DNA from: Thermoprotei archaeon
GTDB lineage: Archaea; Thermoproteota; Nitrososphaeria; Geothermarchaeales; JDFR-13
Reading direction: 5' to 3'
Assembly (NCBI GenBank): GCA_011043415.1
Contig: DQXH01000040.1
Span: 1-59,002, forward strand
Length of the DNA: 59,002 nucleotides
Position 1 is the stretch's first letter; each line of letters opens with the position of its first letter. The notes beneath the pieces were generated by a model. That model worked only from the letters and a program-made list of their open reading frames with translations. It searched no databases and was not told the DNA's origin. A program made the translations under genes and the position numbers. This document shows, one piece after another, positions 1 through 8,957 of this stretch.

Positions 1-1349
1 ACGTTAAATTGCTCTAAATCGAGGATATACATATCGCCATTGGATATAAGTATATTGTTTGATTTAGTATCCCCCAGCGTGAAGCCTTTACTATGAAGCA
101 TCCCCAATATCATACCAAACTTCTTAGCGAAGTCTTGAGCCTCCTTAAACTCCATATTATTTAGAGATAATCCATTAATATAGTCCATTATAATCATTTT
201 AGGACTCCAGACAACTGCATAGACTTTAGGGGTATTTACACCAATAGAATTTAATACATTGAGGCCGATGTACTCGTTAATCAGCCTTTTCCTAGGGTCT
301 AGCGAGAAATGCTTCAACCCTATTAGCCAGAGGAATATAAAGAGCCATTTAAATAGGTAGATGTAAGAATATCTCTTCGCCACCAATTTTCTAACTCCAT
401 CCTCATATTCTATGTCAATTAAATATACTTCACTGAACAGCCCCTTACGCTTAATTCTTTTAATTCTTATATCCTCACCCATAAGCGTCTTGATTACCTC
501 GTCTATCGACTTCGCTTCATTAATGAATACACCTTTAGTAAGCTCTAGTAAAGTATCTGGATCCCGCATTTCTAGAGGAGGCACTATAGACTCAAAACTC
601 CTCCTAATTTTAGATGAGAATTCATCTAAAACGATCTTAGGACTTACTTTAGCAGACCTGCCATGTGTATAATACATTTTAATTCCTCTAGAGATTATCG
701 ATACTATCTCCCTAAGACTACATGGAAGGATTTCAAGATCGGTGAGATATATATAGTCATCTTTAAAAGATAAAAAACCACGTCTATCTAAATTCTCAGC
801 CGCTTTTCTAAAGCCGTCCAAAGACTTTATTAAATTACGATATCCCTTATCCCCATAATATGTTTTATAATAACTGTATTTAACAGGGGGATACGCCATC
901 ATCCTCTTCTTCAATCTAGAGAAGAGAAAATACTTTAATGGTATTCTCATATATTTCAATAGCTCACCATACCTCGATTTTAATAGACACAACTCTTCTA
1001 AAATAGCTCTCTCCTTAAGCCTACACTCTAAACTCTGGATATAATCCCTATTTTTAACAACGTTATATACTGTATATAATCTACCCGACACAAATTCGCC
1101 ATGCTTACCCTCATATACATCTTCTTCAAAAAATGATTTATCCACAAGGAGAATAGAGAGGTAGATGTTATCTACCTTCTTATATAAATATTTAATACAC
1201 TCTTTATAATCCTCGATTATGACGATATAATCATAATCACTTTCCTCAGTAGCATAGCCAGCTACCCTAGATCCATATGCGATGACTGCATACGGTTCCT
1301 TTGGAAGAATCCTCGCCAATAGATCCTCTATCCCCTCATCTCTTTTCAT
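1..1349 (-). CDS. Fusion protein: N-terminal minimal (Pol-beta-type) nucleotidyltransferase domain + C-terminal RIO/Bud32-like atypical protein kinase domain; 3' end runs off the window
   Basis: Minus-strand ORF open from ATG 1349 (in-frame TAG directly upstream) to the window edge; it is absent from the ORF track because no stop lies inside the window. Own translation: MKRDEGIEDLLARILPKEPYAVIAYGSRVAGYATEESDYDYIVI (GS...DxD NTase signature) ... VRKLVAKRY ... MLHSKGFTLGDTKSNNILISNGDMYILDLEQFN (DxKxxN catalytic loop, D-x-x-Q metal site). Overlaps the upstream ORF by 14 nt. Confidence 0.6.
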   Translation of the reverse strand, partial: MKRDEGIEDLLARILPKEPYAVIAYGSRVAGYATEESDYDYIVIIEDYKECIKYLYKKVDNIYLSILLVDKSFFEEDVYEGKHGEFVSGRLYTVYNVVKNRDYIQSLECRLKERAILEELCLLKSRYGELLKYMRIPLKYFLFSRLKKRMMAYPPVKYSYYKTYYGDKGYRNLIKSLDGFRKAAENLDRRGFLSFKDDYIYLTDLEILPCSLREIVSIISRGIKMYYTHGRSAKVSPKIVLDEFSSKIRRSFESIVPPLEMRDPDTLLELTKGVFINEAKSIDEVIKTLMGEDIRIKRIKRKGLFSEVYLIDIEYEDGVRKLVAKRYSYIYLFKWLFIFLWLIGLKHFSLDPRKRLINEYIGLNVLNSIGVNTPKVYAVVWSPKMIIMDYINGLSLNNMEFKEAQDFAKKFGMILGMLHSKGFTLGDTKSNNILISNGDMYILDLEQFN

Positions 1350-2028
1350 CTAGTAAATCCCTCACCTTACTTAAGACATCATCAGGCAAATACATTTTAC
1401 TATAATCTTCGATAGATAATCTTACCCTAAACTCTGTAGAATGTATTAACTTAGTTGGAAGCCCCCTATCAATCCAGTTCCTCTTAATCCTATATCCTAT
1501 CCTACTCTTTCTAATAAAATCGTCGAACCTCTTTACAGCATTTAAAATACTGCCTTTTTTAAATATTGCATCCGGATCGATCTGATATACCTCCTCAAGA
1601 AAGACTCTCCCACTCAATGTAGATGTAGATATTAAGGGATTTATAAAATATTCATTTGAATAGAATTTAATAGCTATATAAATATAATGTAGAAATTCAT
1701 GCGAAAGAATAACAGTATATACCTTCTCATTACCATAGAGTAATAGGGGGAGAGTAAATTCTACCACTGGAGCTATAATATTATTTAACCTCTTTATAGA
1801 AAGATTTGCAAATACGATTGCAGATGATCCGTCATCCATCCATAGCACCCTAGCCTCAGGCACTATTACAATCGGTGGATAAGATAAGCCTCCCGTAGAC
1901 TGAGAAATCTTCTTGAGAGCCTTCTTCAAACCCACCAGACTATTTACACTATTAAAGAATATCCTAGTAGATAGAGACCCATTAAACCATTTAACAACCA
2001 CATCATCAAACTTAATTATATATTTCAT
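1336..2028 (-). CDS. Uncharacterised protein with HExxH (putative zinc metalloprotease) motif
   Basis: 230-aa ORF tightly packed between the DUF359 gene and the NTase-kinase gene. Contains LSHEFLHYIY (HExxH). No family recognised by eye. Confidence 0.5.
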   Translation of the reverse strand: MKYIIKFDDVVVKWFNGSLSTRIFFNSVNSLVGLKKALKKISQSTGGLSYPPIVIVPEARVLWMDDGSSAIVFANLSIKRLNNIIAPVVEFTLPLLLYGNEKVYTVILSHEFLHYIYIAIKFYSNEYFINPLISTSTLSGRVFLEEVYQIDPDAIFKKGSILNAVKRFDDFIRKSRIGYRIKRNWIDRGLPTKLIHSTEFRVRLSIEDYSKMYLPDDVLSKVRDLLDEKR

Positions 2029-2032
2029 ACCA

Positions 2033-2575
2033 TCAACCCAGGCTAGACCCAGATAACCCTAATATCGATGCCGCCATATACTTTACTTTATCGTCGATAT
2101 TAATAAGAACGATACCTATATTCGGCTGACCATATATCATACAGGAACCTACATCACATGCAAATACGATTGGAAAACCTACTAAATCCTCCTCACCCTT
2201 AACATATAGGAGGATTGGCCTATCCTTTAAATGCCTCCTTATCAAATTGACTAAAGCTATGTTAACATACCCTGGCTTATTCTCGACAAATATAACAAGA
2301 TTAAATTTCTTTAAATCAACTAAATCTACTTCCCTACGCCTTTCTTTACCGTCTATAACTGCTATATCGGGGATCAGGTTATTTTCAATAAGTGTATACG
2401 TTACTCTATCCCCGACAGATGCGATAAGACCATGTCTCCTACAGTCTACTAGATCATTAATCAACTTATCTATTTCATCTGGACGATATAATTTACCTAA
2501 TGGAGCTGAGACTTTTTCTCTCACATCCTTAGACGCTTTGATATATCGAGTCCCCTTAAAATATTTTAACTGCAT
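2033..2575 (-). CDS. DUF359/COG1909 protein, GTP-dependent dephospho-CoA kinase (archaeal type)
   Basis: 180 aa with SVGDRVT...VIDGKERR...GEEDL pattern of the DUF359 family. Lies in the conserved position directly downstream of spt4. Confidence 0.7.
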   Translation of the reverse strand: MQLKYFKGTRYIKASKDVREKVSAPLGKLYRPDEIDKLINDLVDCRRHGLIASVGDRVTYTLIENNLIPDIAVIDGKERRREVDLVDLKKFNLVIFVENKPGYVNIALVNLIRRHLKDRPILLYVKGEEDLVGFPIVFACDVGSCMIYGQPNIGIVLINIDDKVKYMAASILGLSGSSLG

Positions 2576-2753
2576 AGTCTCCTTCCATATTTATTCCTAA
2601 ATACTTTGCAATGTAACTATCAGTCGATATGATGATGAGGATACCCTCCCACCTAGTCGTGAAGGTCTCTGAACCACATACTGGACATTTATTAACCTTC
2701 TTATCTACAATCGCCTTACATTTTCTACATACCTTAACTCCCTTCCTCCTCAT
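2556..2753 (-). CDS. spt4: Transcription elongation factor Spt4 (RpoE'')
   Basis: Zn-ribbon CRKC...CPVCGS followed by W-G-ILII; about 65 aa from internal ATG (M9 of the track ORF 2556..2777). Follows rpoE. Confidence 0.85.
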   Translation of the reverse strand: MRRKGVKVCRKCKAIVDKKVNKCPVCGSETFTTRWEGILIIISTDSYIAKYLGINMEGDYAVKIF

Positions 2754-3312
2754 GTGAAGCACCCTTCTTAGAGACATTCTCCAAAATATAATCTACTTTA
2801 CCTAAGAATCTTGACTTCATATATAGCGCTATCTTCATAAGTGAAAGCCCTCTAGGGGGCGAGTAGTCTAATACACGAGCTCTAACGATATCACCCTTTC
2901 TAATTACGTACCCAGAGTTACGTCCTACAACGAGACCCTCTATTTTATTAATATCTACCGACGAATCCTCCATTAAAACCGATTTATGAACCAATGCATC
3001 TACAGGACCTAATCTAACGAATATCCCGAAATTCTCTATACCAACGACCTCCCCCTCAACAACCTCCCCCTTTAAAGGCTTATATGCATAAGCATAGAAC
3101 TCTACCTTATGGTTTGACGAGCCATCCTCGGCTATTATCTTCCCCAGCGAATCTACTTTAGGCTCCGAGATCATAAGGATGTATCCTAGGTCCTTATCAT
3201 ATACACCTACATATTTTTCGACCAGTTGCATATAAGCTGCCTTCTCAAGACCCTCCTTAAACATCCTAGGCTTTATGCTAATTACGTCCACGATCTTGTA
3301 TTTATAGAACAT
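2734..3312 (-). CDS. rpoE: RNA polymerase subunit E' (Rpo7) with S1 domain
   Basis: MFYKYKIVDVISIKP... N-terminal Rpo7 fold and S1 motif GEVVEGEVVGIENFGIFVRLGPVDALVH. ATG at M6 of the track ORF (the track start is TTG). Confidence 0.9.
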   Translation of the reverse strand: MFYKYKIVDVISIKPRMFKEGLEKAAYMQLVEKYVGVYDKDLGYILMISEPKVDSLGKIIAEDGSSNHKVEFYAYAYKPLKGEVVEGEVVGIENFGIFVRLGPVDALVHKSVLMEDSSVDINKIEGLVVGRNSGYVIRKGDIVRARVLDYSPPRGLSLMKIALYMKSRFLGKVDYILENVSKKGASHEEEGS

Positions 3313-3323
3313 ATCACCACCAT

Positions 3324-3698
3324 TCAATCGATAATGGGATATTTATCTCTAAAATATAAAACTTTAATGCCATATTCACCGGCTTTCCTCCTGACACTTC
3401 TATCTGTAGTAGCAACTATTGCATTATATCTTTTTGCAAGACATATAACATCCTCATCTACCTTATCCGATGTAGATTCGATGATCTTGAAATATTTACT
3501 ATAATTCTTAATAATCTTGAGTATAAGCCTAGATGATGAAGCCTTTTTAAAGCTACACCTAGCCAATTTATTTAGTTCATTGACGACAGATCTCGGAATC
3601 AGAAACTCATATTCCATATATCTATTTATAAATTCGTCGATAGAGTAATACTCAGCTAAACTAATTAGGAAACTAGTGTCAAATATAATTTTTCTCAT
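3324..3698 (-). CDS. PIN-domain protein (Fcf1/Utp24-like, COG1412)
   Basis: MRKIIFDTSFLI... and ...VATTDRSVRRKAGEYGIKVLYF. Lies in the conserved slot between aIF2-gamma and rpoE. Confidence 0.75.
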   Translation of the reverse strand: MRKIIFDTSFLISLAEYYSIDEFINRYMEYEFLIPRSVVNELNKLARCSFKKASSSRLILKIIKNYSKYFKIIESTSDKVDEDVICLAKRYNAIVATTDRSVRRKAGEYGIKVLYFRDKYPIID

Positions 3699-3701
3699 CT
3701 A

Positions 3702-4940
3702 TTAAACTACCGTACCTACAGCCACAAGTCTCCATTGATTATCATATCTAGCTGCTATTGCAGCCCTCCAACCTTCTTCAGCCACGACTGGTCTAGATAA
3801 CTTAAGATGATATATATTCTCCCTCTTACTCGTGACGATCCCTAGAGTGACGGCTGGACCTAGATTAATCCTTAATGGTTCCCCGAGGGATATCGGCCTA
3901 ACCTCTATCGTCTCATCAGTTCCAATAACGTATTTAAATAAATCTATATCAAGCTCTATCTCATATAGCACGGGGGGCAGGGTATCTGGTTTACCAGCGA
4001 TATTCCCGACCATACCATCAGACTTAGTCAGGGAGGGGTCTAAATCTGTCTGGATCCCTATTAATCCACCGGATGTAGCTTCCTTAAGCATTAAATACCT
4101 CGTACTTAAGGATAATACTTCAGTATATAATGGGATATTGACTATTTTATTACCCTCCTTAGTCAGGTAGCCGGGTTTAATCTCTAATTCGTCACCCACT
4201 CTAATCCTCCCATCAATGATACTCCCTCCTATAACCCCACCCCTCAATTTCTCAGGGGGGGTCCCAGGTGAGTTCACATCAAACGACCTTATAATGAACA
4301 TTCTATATGGCTTCGAGAAGTCTCTCTTCGGAGGTGGAATATATTTGTATAGGGCCTCGACGAGATACTCTAGATTAACCTTATGAATCGCGGATAGGGG
4401 TATTATAGGTGCATCAGCATACCGTGTAGTCGATAAAAACTCCCTTATAGCAATATAGTTTTCCTTAGCCTCCTCTTTAGATACGAGGTCAAGCTTATTC
4501 TGTACAACGACTACATTCTCCACACCCATAATCTGTAGAGCCATAGTATGTTCTTTAGTCTGGGGCCTAGGAACAGGCTCATCCGCGGCTATCACAAGCA
4601 TCGCACCATCCATTACAGCCGCTCCAGACAGCATGTTAGCCATTAGACTCTCATGCCCTGGACAGTCGACAAAGCTGATTACTCTTTGAATACCCTCATT
4701 AACCCAATCCTTATATTCTGGATATGACCAGTAGACTATCTCACCATCCTTCCTAAACTTATATATTGGCATGTCTGCATAACCTATTTTAATTGTAATA
4801 CCCCTCCTCAACTCCTCACTATGACTACTCGTCCATATCCCCGTTAAAGCCTGAATAATCGTCGTCTTCCCATGATCTACATGTCCAGCTGTGCCGATAT
4901 TTATCTCAGGCTGTCTATCTATCTTAACCTTCTTAGACAT
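3702..4940 (-). CDS. eif2g: Translation initiation factor aIF2 gamma subunit
   Basis: GTPase motifs GHVDHGKTT, DCPGH, NKLD; 412 aa, typical domain II/III length. Confidence 0.95.
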   Translation of the reverse strand: MSKKVKIDRQPEINIGTAGHVDHGKTTIIQALTGIWTSSHSEELRRGITIKIGYADMPIYKFRKDGEIVYWSYPEYKDWVNEGIQRVISFVDCPGHESLMANMLSGAAVMDGAMLVIAADEPVPRPQTKEHTMALQIMGVENVVVVQNKLDLVSKEEAKENYIAIREFLSTTRYADAPIIPLSAIHKVNLEYLVEALYKYIPPPKRDFSKPYRMFIIRSFDVNSPGTPPEKLRGGVIGGSIIDGRIRVGDELEIKPGYLTKEGNKIVNIPLYTEVLSLSTRYLMLKEATSGGLIGIQTDLDPSLTKSDGMVGNIAGKPDTLPPVLYEIELDIDLFKYVIGTDETIEVRPISLGEPLRINLGPAVTLGIVTSKRENIYHLKLSRPVVAEEGWRAAIAARYDNQWRLVAVGTVV

Positions 4941-4946
4941 AGTTAT

Positions 4947-5303
4947 TCACTCTATAATAACCATATTCACCTGATATATATCACGAGTTATCGTATTTCC
5001 CCTCACTAAAATCCTTTTTCTATACCCCTTTTTAGTTTTTCCTTTAATCGTCCTCAATCCTACACCCTTTCCTGTTAGGATATAGACCTTCCTTCCCCCA
5101 GGTATGTCGGGGCGCATGGGAAAACCACTTTTATCTGAACCTCCAGTGATCTTAAGTTTTTTATACTCTACACCTATTAATGAACCCTCTATAACGTCTC
5201 CTATCTTCTTACCAATTAAATTTAGGCTATATGGCTCATCTACCTCGATAGATTTTGCTGTACCATCCTTTGGATTCGAAATAACTACCTTAAATTTCAC
5301 CAT
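4947..5303 (-). CDS. rps6e: 30S ribosomal protein S6e
   Basis: KITGGSDKSGFPMRPDIPGGRKVYIL signature. Confidence 0.9.
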   Translation of the reverse strand: MVKFKVVISNPKDGTAKSIEVDEPYSLNLIGKKIGDVIEGSLIGVEYKKLKITGGSDKSGFPMRPDIPGGRKVYILTGKGVGLRTIKGKTKKGYRKRILVRGNTITRDIYQVNMVIIE

Positions 5304-5349
5304 ATTCCCACCTCTCTAAGACCTTTAGGATTAGATTCTAAATATATTT

Positions 5350-7581
5350 TTATCCCCTCGCCCATAATGGATTCTTCCTCCTCTTAATCTCGATAATCTC
5401 CTTCAATACTTCACGCATATCTTCAGAAAGCTCACCATAGAATTCTTTTAGTAATTTCCTTGCATCGTCTTCGGGTATATCTACATATAGTATATCTCCC
5501 TCGTCTATATCCCTCCCAACCACAGCCTCCCTAATAGATATTGCAACTTCCATATCTTTACTCGCCTCAGGAATATTTTTACCCATACTTTGAATCTGAT
5601 GAATAGTTCCTATTGATTCACCATCTGAATTCATTACCTTATACTTTTGCTTAATTAAACCTCCTAAAACTCTAATACCAAATATAGCTGGCTTACTCCT
5701 TCTAAATATATATCCCTCTAAAATCATAAACTTCCCGGGTTTAACAAGCTTCTCATACTCCTCATTCCTACGTCTAGTAAATACTTCATTAATCCATGCA
5801 AGATACTCCTCTAAAATCCTATATAATATATTTCCTTTGAATATCGGTATCTTCTTATTCCTGGCGAGCTCATAGGCATCTTCATAAATATCTACATTAA
5901 ACGCCAATATAACCCCCTTCAAGTCATCGAATTCCTTGACGATCTCGGCCTCAACTACATCTTTCTTAGAGACGGGTCCGACATCAGCCTTCCTAATAGG
6001 AATACCGTATCTTTTACACTGCATTATAAATGCCTCCAACGAACCAAGTGCATCAGCCTTAATAACTACGCCTATCTTATCACTTTCGATTTTTATCGAC
6101 GCCAGCTCCTGCTCCACATTTTTAGCATATTTCGAGACTAACGACTCGTCTGATATGGAGTAGAATGGTGATCCGGAGTATGCCTTATCTAGATCGGGGG
6201 CAGTTATAATAATCCCGGCTGCAGGATAACTGGCCTTCACACTCCTAAATTTTTTACGTGGGTCTCTAATCTCATCCAGCGGAGCGGGCATTAATATAGA
6301 TCTAATCCTCCTAACCATAGCACCTTCAGAACCGCCTATAACTAGGTAGTCACCCACCCTAACTACACCGTCTATGTGAATAGTCTTGAGAACCTTACCC
6401 AATCCATGCTCACTAGAGACCTCTAATACAACTCCATAACCTGGTTTACTTAGATCCACTTCCAACTTATCCAGCATAAACCTCTGGACAAGCCCTATTA
6501 ATATAGTCAGTAACTCCTGGATCCCCTCACCCGTCTTAGCGCTAACTGGTACTATGGCCACAGTCTTTCTAAAATCTTTAACCCGGTCGAATCTATCTGC
6601 ATCAAACTTATATGTATTTAAGGCTGAGATTATATATGCGATCTTCTCTTCCAACAAGATTAGAGTATCGCTATCCTGCCTCGTTAAAGAGTCTAAAATT
6701 GATAAAGTATTCTGGGGCTTCCATCCATGAATTAAATCCACTTTATTAGCCGCAACTAGGAAAGGTACCTTCCTATCAATTAGTATCTGAATACTTTCAT
6801 GGGTCTGGGGTTCGAAACCTTTCATAATATCTACAACTAAAATAGCGATATCGGATGCCGACCCACCTCTTCTCCTAAGATTTGAGAAGACCTCATGACC
6901 AGGTGTATCTATTACAAGAAGCCCAGGTACAGTTACTTTAAAATTAAATTTATTTAACAGGGGACGGCATATCTCCTCTATCGTTTCTCTAGGAAACATA
7001 CTTGCCCCAATATGCTGCGTGATCCCACCAGCCTCTCTCAATTGGACTGCGGTTCCCCTAATTTTATCAAGGAGAGTCGTATTATGGACTATGACATCTT
7101 CAACGGCGAAATTCTTTAGTGGAGACGAGATGTCATATACATCTATATGCTCATAATATCTAGAGATATTCTTGACTCTTTTAACATATGTCGTAGGTAG
7201 ATCGTCTGGGGTATATCCAGATATACTAACTACATAATCACCCTCGTTAAGATCTATCGATTTAACATAGTGGAAGACGCCTCTTCCTCTATAGACTAAG
7301 AATGAATGTTCACACGTAGTATCTATAGACGAATCATCTTCAAAACGGATCCTAACATACTTATCAACATATTGTCTCTCGATATAATCAGTGTATATGA
7401 TATAATATCCTTGTGTATATGGGTTGAATGAGATAATAGGGAAATATGGAGAATGATTTTCATATAGATCTCTAAGCGAGATATTCAACGGATTTATTAT
7501 AGCATCTCCACCTATGCATTTACCACTATCAACATGACCTAATATTGTAATTATAGGTTGTCGAATAACTTTATCTGACAT
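5350..7581 (-). CDS. infB: Translation initiation factor aIF5B (IF2 homologue), intein-containing precursor
   Basis: P-loop GHVDSGK interrupted, then TTLLDKIRG..., DTPGH, NKVD; 743 aa precursor, 597 aa after removal of the 146-aa insert. Confidence 0.95.
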   Translation of the reverse strand: MSDKVIRQPIITILGHVDSGKCIGGDAIINPLNISLRDLYENHSPYFPIISFNPYTQGYYIIYTDYIERQYVDKYVRIRFEDDSSIDTTCEHSFLVYRGRGVFHYVKSIDLNEGDYVVSISGYTPDDLPTTYVKRVKNISRYYEHIDVYDISSPLKNFAVEDVIVHNTTLLDKIRGTAVQLREAGGITQHIGASMFPRETIEEICRPLLNKFNFKVTVPGLLVIDTPGHEVFSNLRRRGGSASDIAILVVDIMKGFEPQTHESIQILIDRKVPFLVAANKVDLIHGWKPQNTLSILDSLTRQDSDTLILLEEKIAYIISALNTYKFDADRFDRVKDFRKTVAIVPVSAKTGEGIQELLTILIGLVQRFMLDKLEVDLSKPGYGVVLEVSSEHGLGKVLKTIHIDGVVRVGDYLVIGGSEGAMVRRIRSILMPAPLDEIRDPRKKFRSVKASYPAAGIIITAPDLDKAYSGSPFYSISDESLVSKYAKNVEQELASIKIESDKIGVVIKADALGSLEAFIMQCKRYGIPIRKADVGPVSKKDVVEAEIVKEFDDLKGVILAFNVDIYEDAYELARNKKIPIFKGNILYRILEEYLAWINEVFTRRRNEEYEKLVKPGKFMILEGYIFRRSKPAIFGIRVLGGLIKQKYKVMNSDGESIGTIHQIQSMGKNIPEASKDMEVAISIREAVVGRDIDEGDILYVDIPEDDARKLLKEFYGELSEDMREVLKEIIEIKRRKNPLWARG
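7081..7518 (-). mobile_element. Mini-intein (146 aa, no homing-endonuclease domain) in the aIF5B P-loop
   Basis: The insert starts with Cys (CIGGDAII, block A). It has TTCEHSF (block B, TxxH) and ends VEDVIVHN followed by Thr+1. The flanks rejoin to GHVDSGK|TTLLD. Confidence 0.85.
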
Positions 7582-7639
7582 AAGCCTCCTAAAGTAGATA
7601 TTTCACTTGGTAATTAAGCGTTTATAATTTTTTAATCAA

Positions 7640-8059
7640 CTAAATATTAAATTCAGGGAATAAGATTTTAGCCTCCCTTATAAAGCTCTCCCACGAATCC
7701 GAGGCGTGAATTATATTCTCAGTTATGTCCAATCCATAGTCTCCCCTTATAGTTCCGGGTTCAGCCTTAGTAGGATCAGTACTACCAATCATCCTCCTTA
7801 CAACTTCAACCGCATTTCTACCTTCTAATATAGCCGCGACAATTTCTTTACCAGCTATGGAATTCACTAAATCTTCAAAGAAGTGTTTCCCTCTATGAAT
7901 AGAATATAGTTCCTCAGTCTTTTCACGCGTCATCCTAATTAATTTTAAAGCCTTGAATCTAAACCCCTTCTTCTCAAACCTCGATAGAATCTCCCCTACC
8001 AAGCCCCTCTGAATAGCTATCGGCTTTAAGAAGATTAATGTATATTGAGGCTCATTCAT
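7640..8059 (-). CDS. ndk: Nucleoside diphosphate kinase
   Basis: TLIFLKP...[32 protein letters not shown] (active-site His). Confidence 0.93.
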   Translation of the reverse strand: MNEPQYTLIFLKPIAIQRGLVGEILSRFEKKGFRFKALKLIRMTREKTEELYSIHRGKHFFEDLVNSIAGKEIVAAILEGRNAVEVVRRMIGSTDPTKAEPGTIRGDYGLDITENIIHASDSWESFIREAKILFPEFNI

Positions 8060-8250
8060 TTCTTTATCGCACCCTTGACATATTTAGACGTCCATTTAAA
8101 CTTCCTCGGATCCCTCCTAAATTCTAAGTAGCTTATCCTGCATTTTCTACTGCAAAACCACAGTATCGTCCCATCATTCTTAACATACATTATCCCCGTT
8201 CCAGGAGGAATATCGTGGCCACAGAATGAACACTTATGTATACGGGGCAT
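8056..8250 (-). CDS. rpl24e: 50S ribosomal protein L24e
   Basis: [34 protein letters not shown] at M4 of the track ORF (the track start is GTG at 8259). Confidence 0.9.
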   Translation of the reverse strand: MPRIHKCSFCGHDIPPGTGIMYVKNDGTILWFCSRKCRISYLEFRRDPRKFKWTSKYVKGAIKK

Positions 8251-8259
8251 AATAGCCAC

Positions 8260-8484
8260 CTACTTAAGCTTCCTCGCCTCCCTCTCAGTCTCCCGCAACA
8301 TGACAATATCTCCTACTTTAATTGGACCCAGTATATTTCTAGTTATTACCCTACCCTTATCTTTACCCGCTAAGATCCTGACTCTGACCTGGGTAACTTC
8401 TCCAGTCATCCCAGTCCTACCTATTATTTGAATGACCTCAGCTGGAGTTATATCGTCTCTATACTTATACTCCTCCTCAGACAT
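8260..8484 (-). CDS. rps28e: 30S ribosomal protein S28e
   Basis: [17 protein letters not shown]...[27 protein letters not shown]. Confidence 0.93.
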   Translation of the reverse strand: MSEEEYKYRDDITPAEVIQIIGRTGMTGEVTQVRVRILAGKDKGRVITRNILGPIKVGDIVMLRETEREARKLK

Positions 8485-8497
8485 ATCTAATCAACCA

Positions 8498-8875
8498 TCA
8501 CTCTTGATAGTGACCCTCTTTCTTAAGATATTCAATAATCTCTTTTATAAGTCTCTCGCCCTCACCCGGATCCACTATAGCTACAGATGCTGCAGCAACG
8601 TCTAAACCCGCCTGCTTACCCAGTTCTTTCTTAGATGGCACGAATATATATGGTACCTTCCTCTCCTTACATAACAGTGGAAGATGCGCAACAATCTCTG
8701 GCGGATCCACGTCTAATGCAATATAAACCAGCTTAGCTAACCCCCTCTCAACAGCTTTAGTAGTCTCATTAGTGCCTCTCTTAACACCCTTCACTTCAAG
8801 CGCCATTCTCAAGGCTTCATAGGCAGCCTCGAGATATTCTTTAGGTAATTCAAAAGTCTCAAATGGCAGACTCAT
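8498..8875 (-). CDS. rpl7ae: 50S ribosomal protein L7Ae (K-turn binding)
   Basis: [43 protein letters not shown] at M5 preceded by GGAGG. Confidence 0.93.
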   Translation of the reverse strand: MSLPFETFELPKEYLEAAYEALRMALEVKGVKRGTNETTKAVERGLAKLVYIALDVDPPEIVAHLPLLCKERKVPYIFVPSKKELGKQAGLDVAAASVAIVDPGEGERLIKEIIEYLKKEGHYQE

Positions 8876-8957
8876 CGCCGCCTCCACCTTTTAATAAAGT
8901 TTCTATATCTACTAATTAAATCTTATTACATATGCATTACTATTCAATATAGAAAAG

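Noticed and set aside
412-672. 86-aa plus-strand ORF in the first 1.3 kb
   Set aside because: The opposite strand carries a continuous ORF of more than 449 codons with NTase and kinase motifs, which explains the region better.
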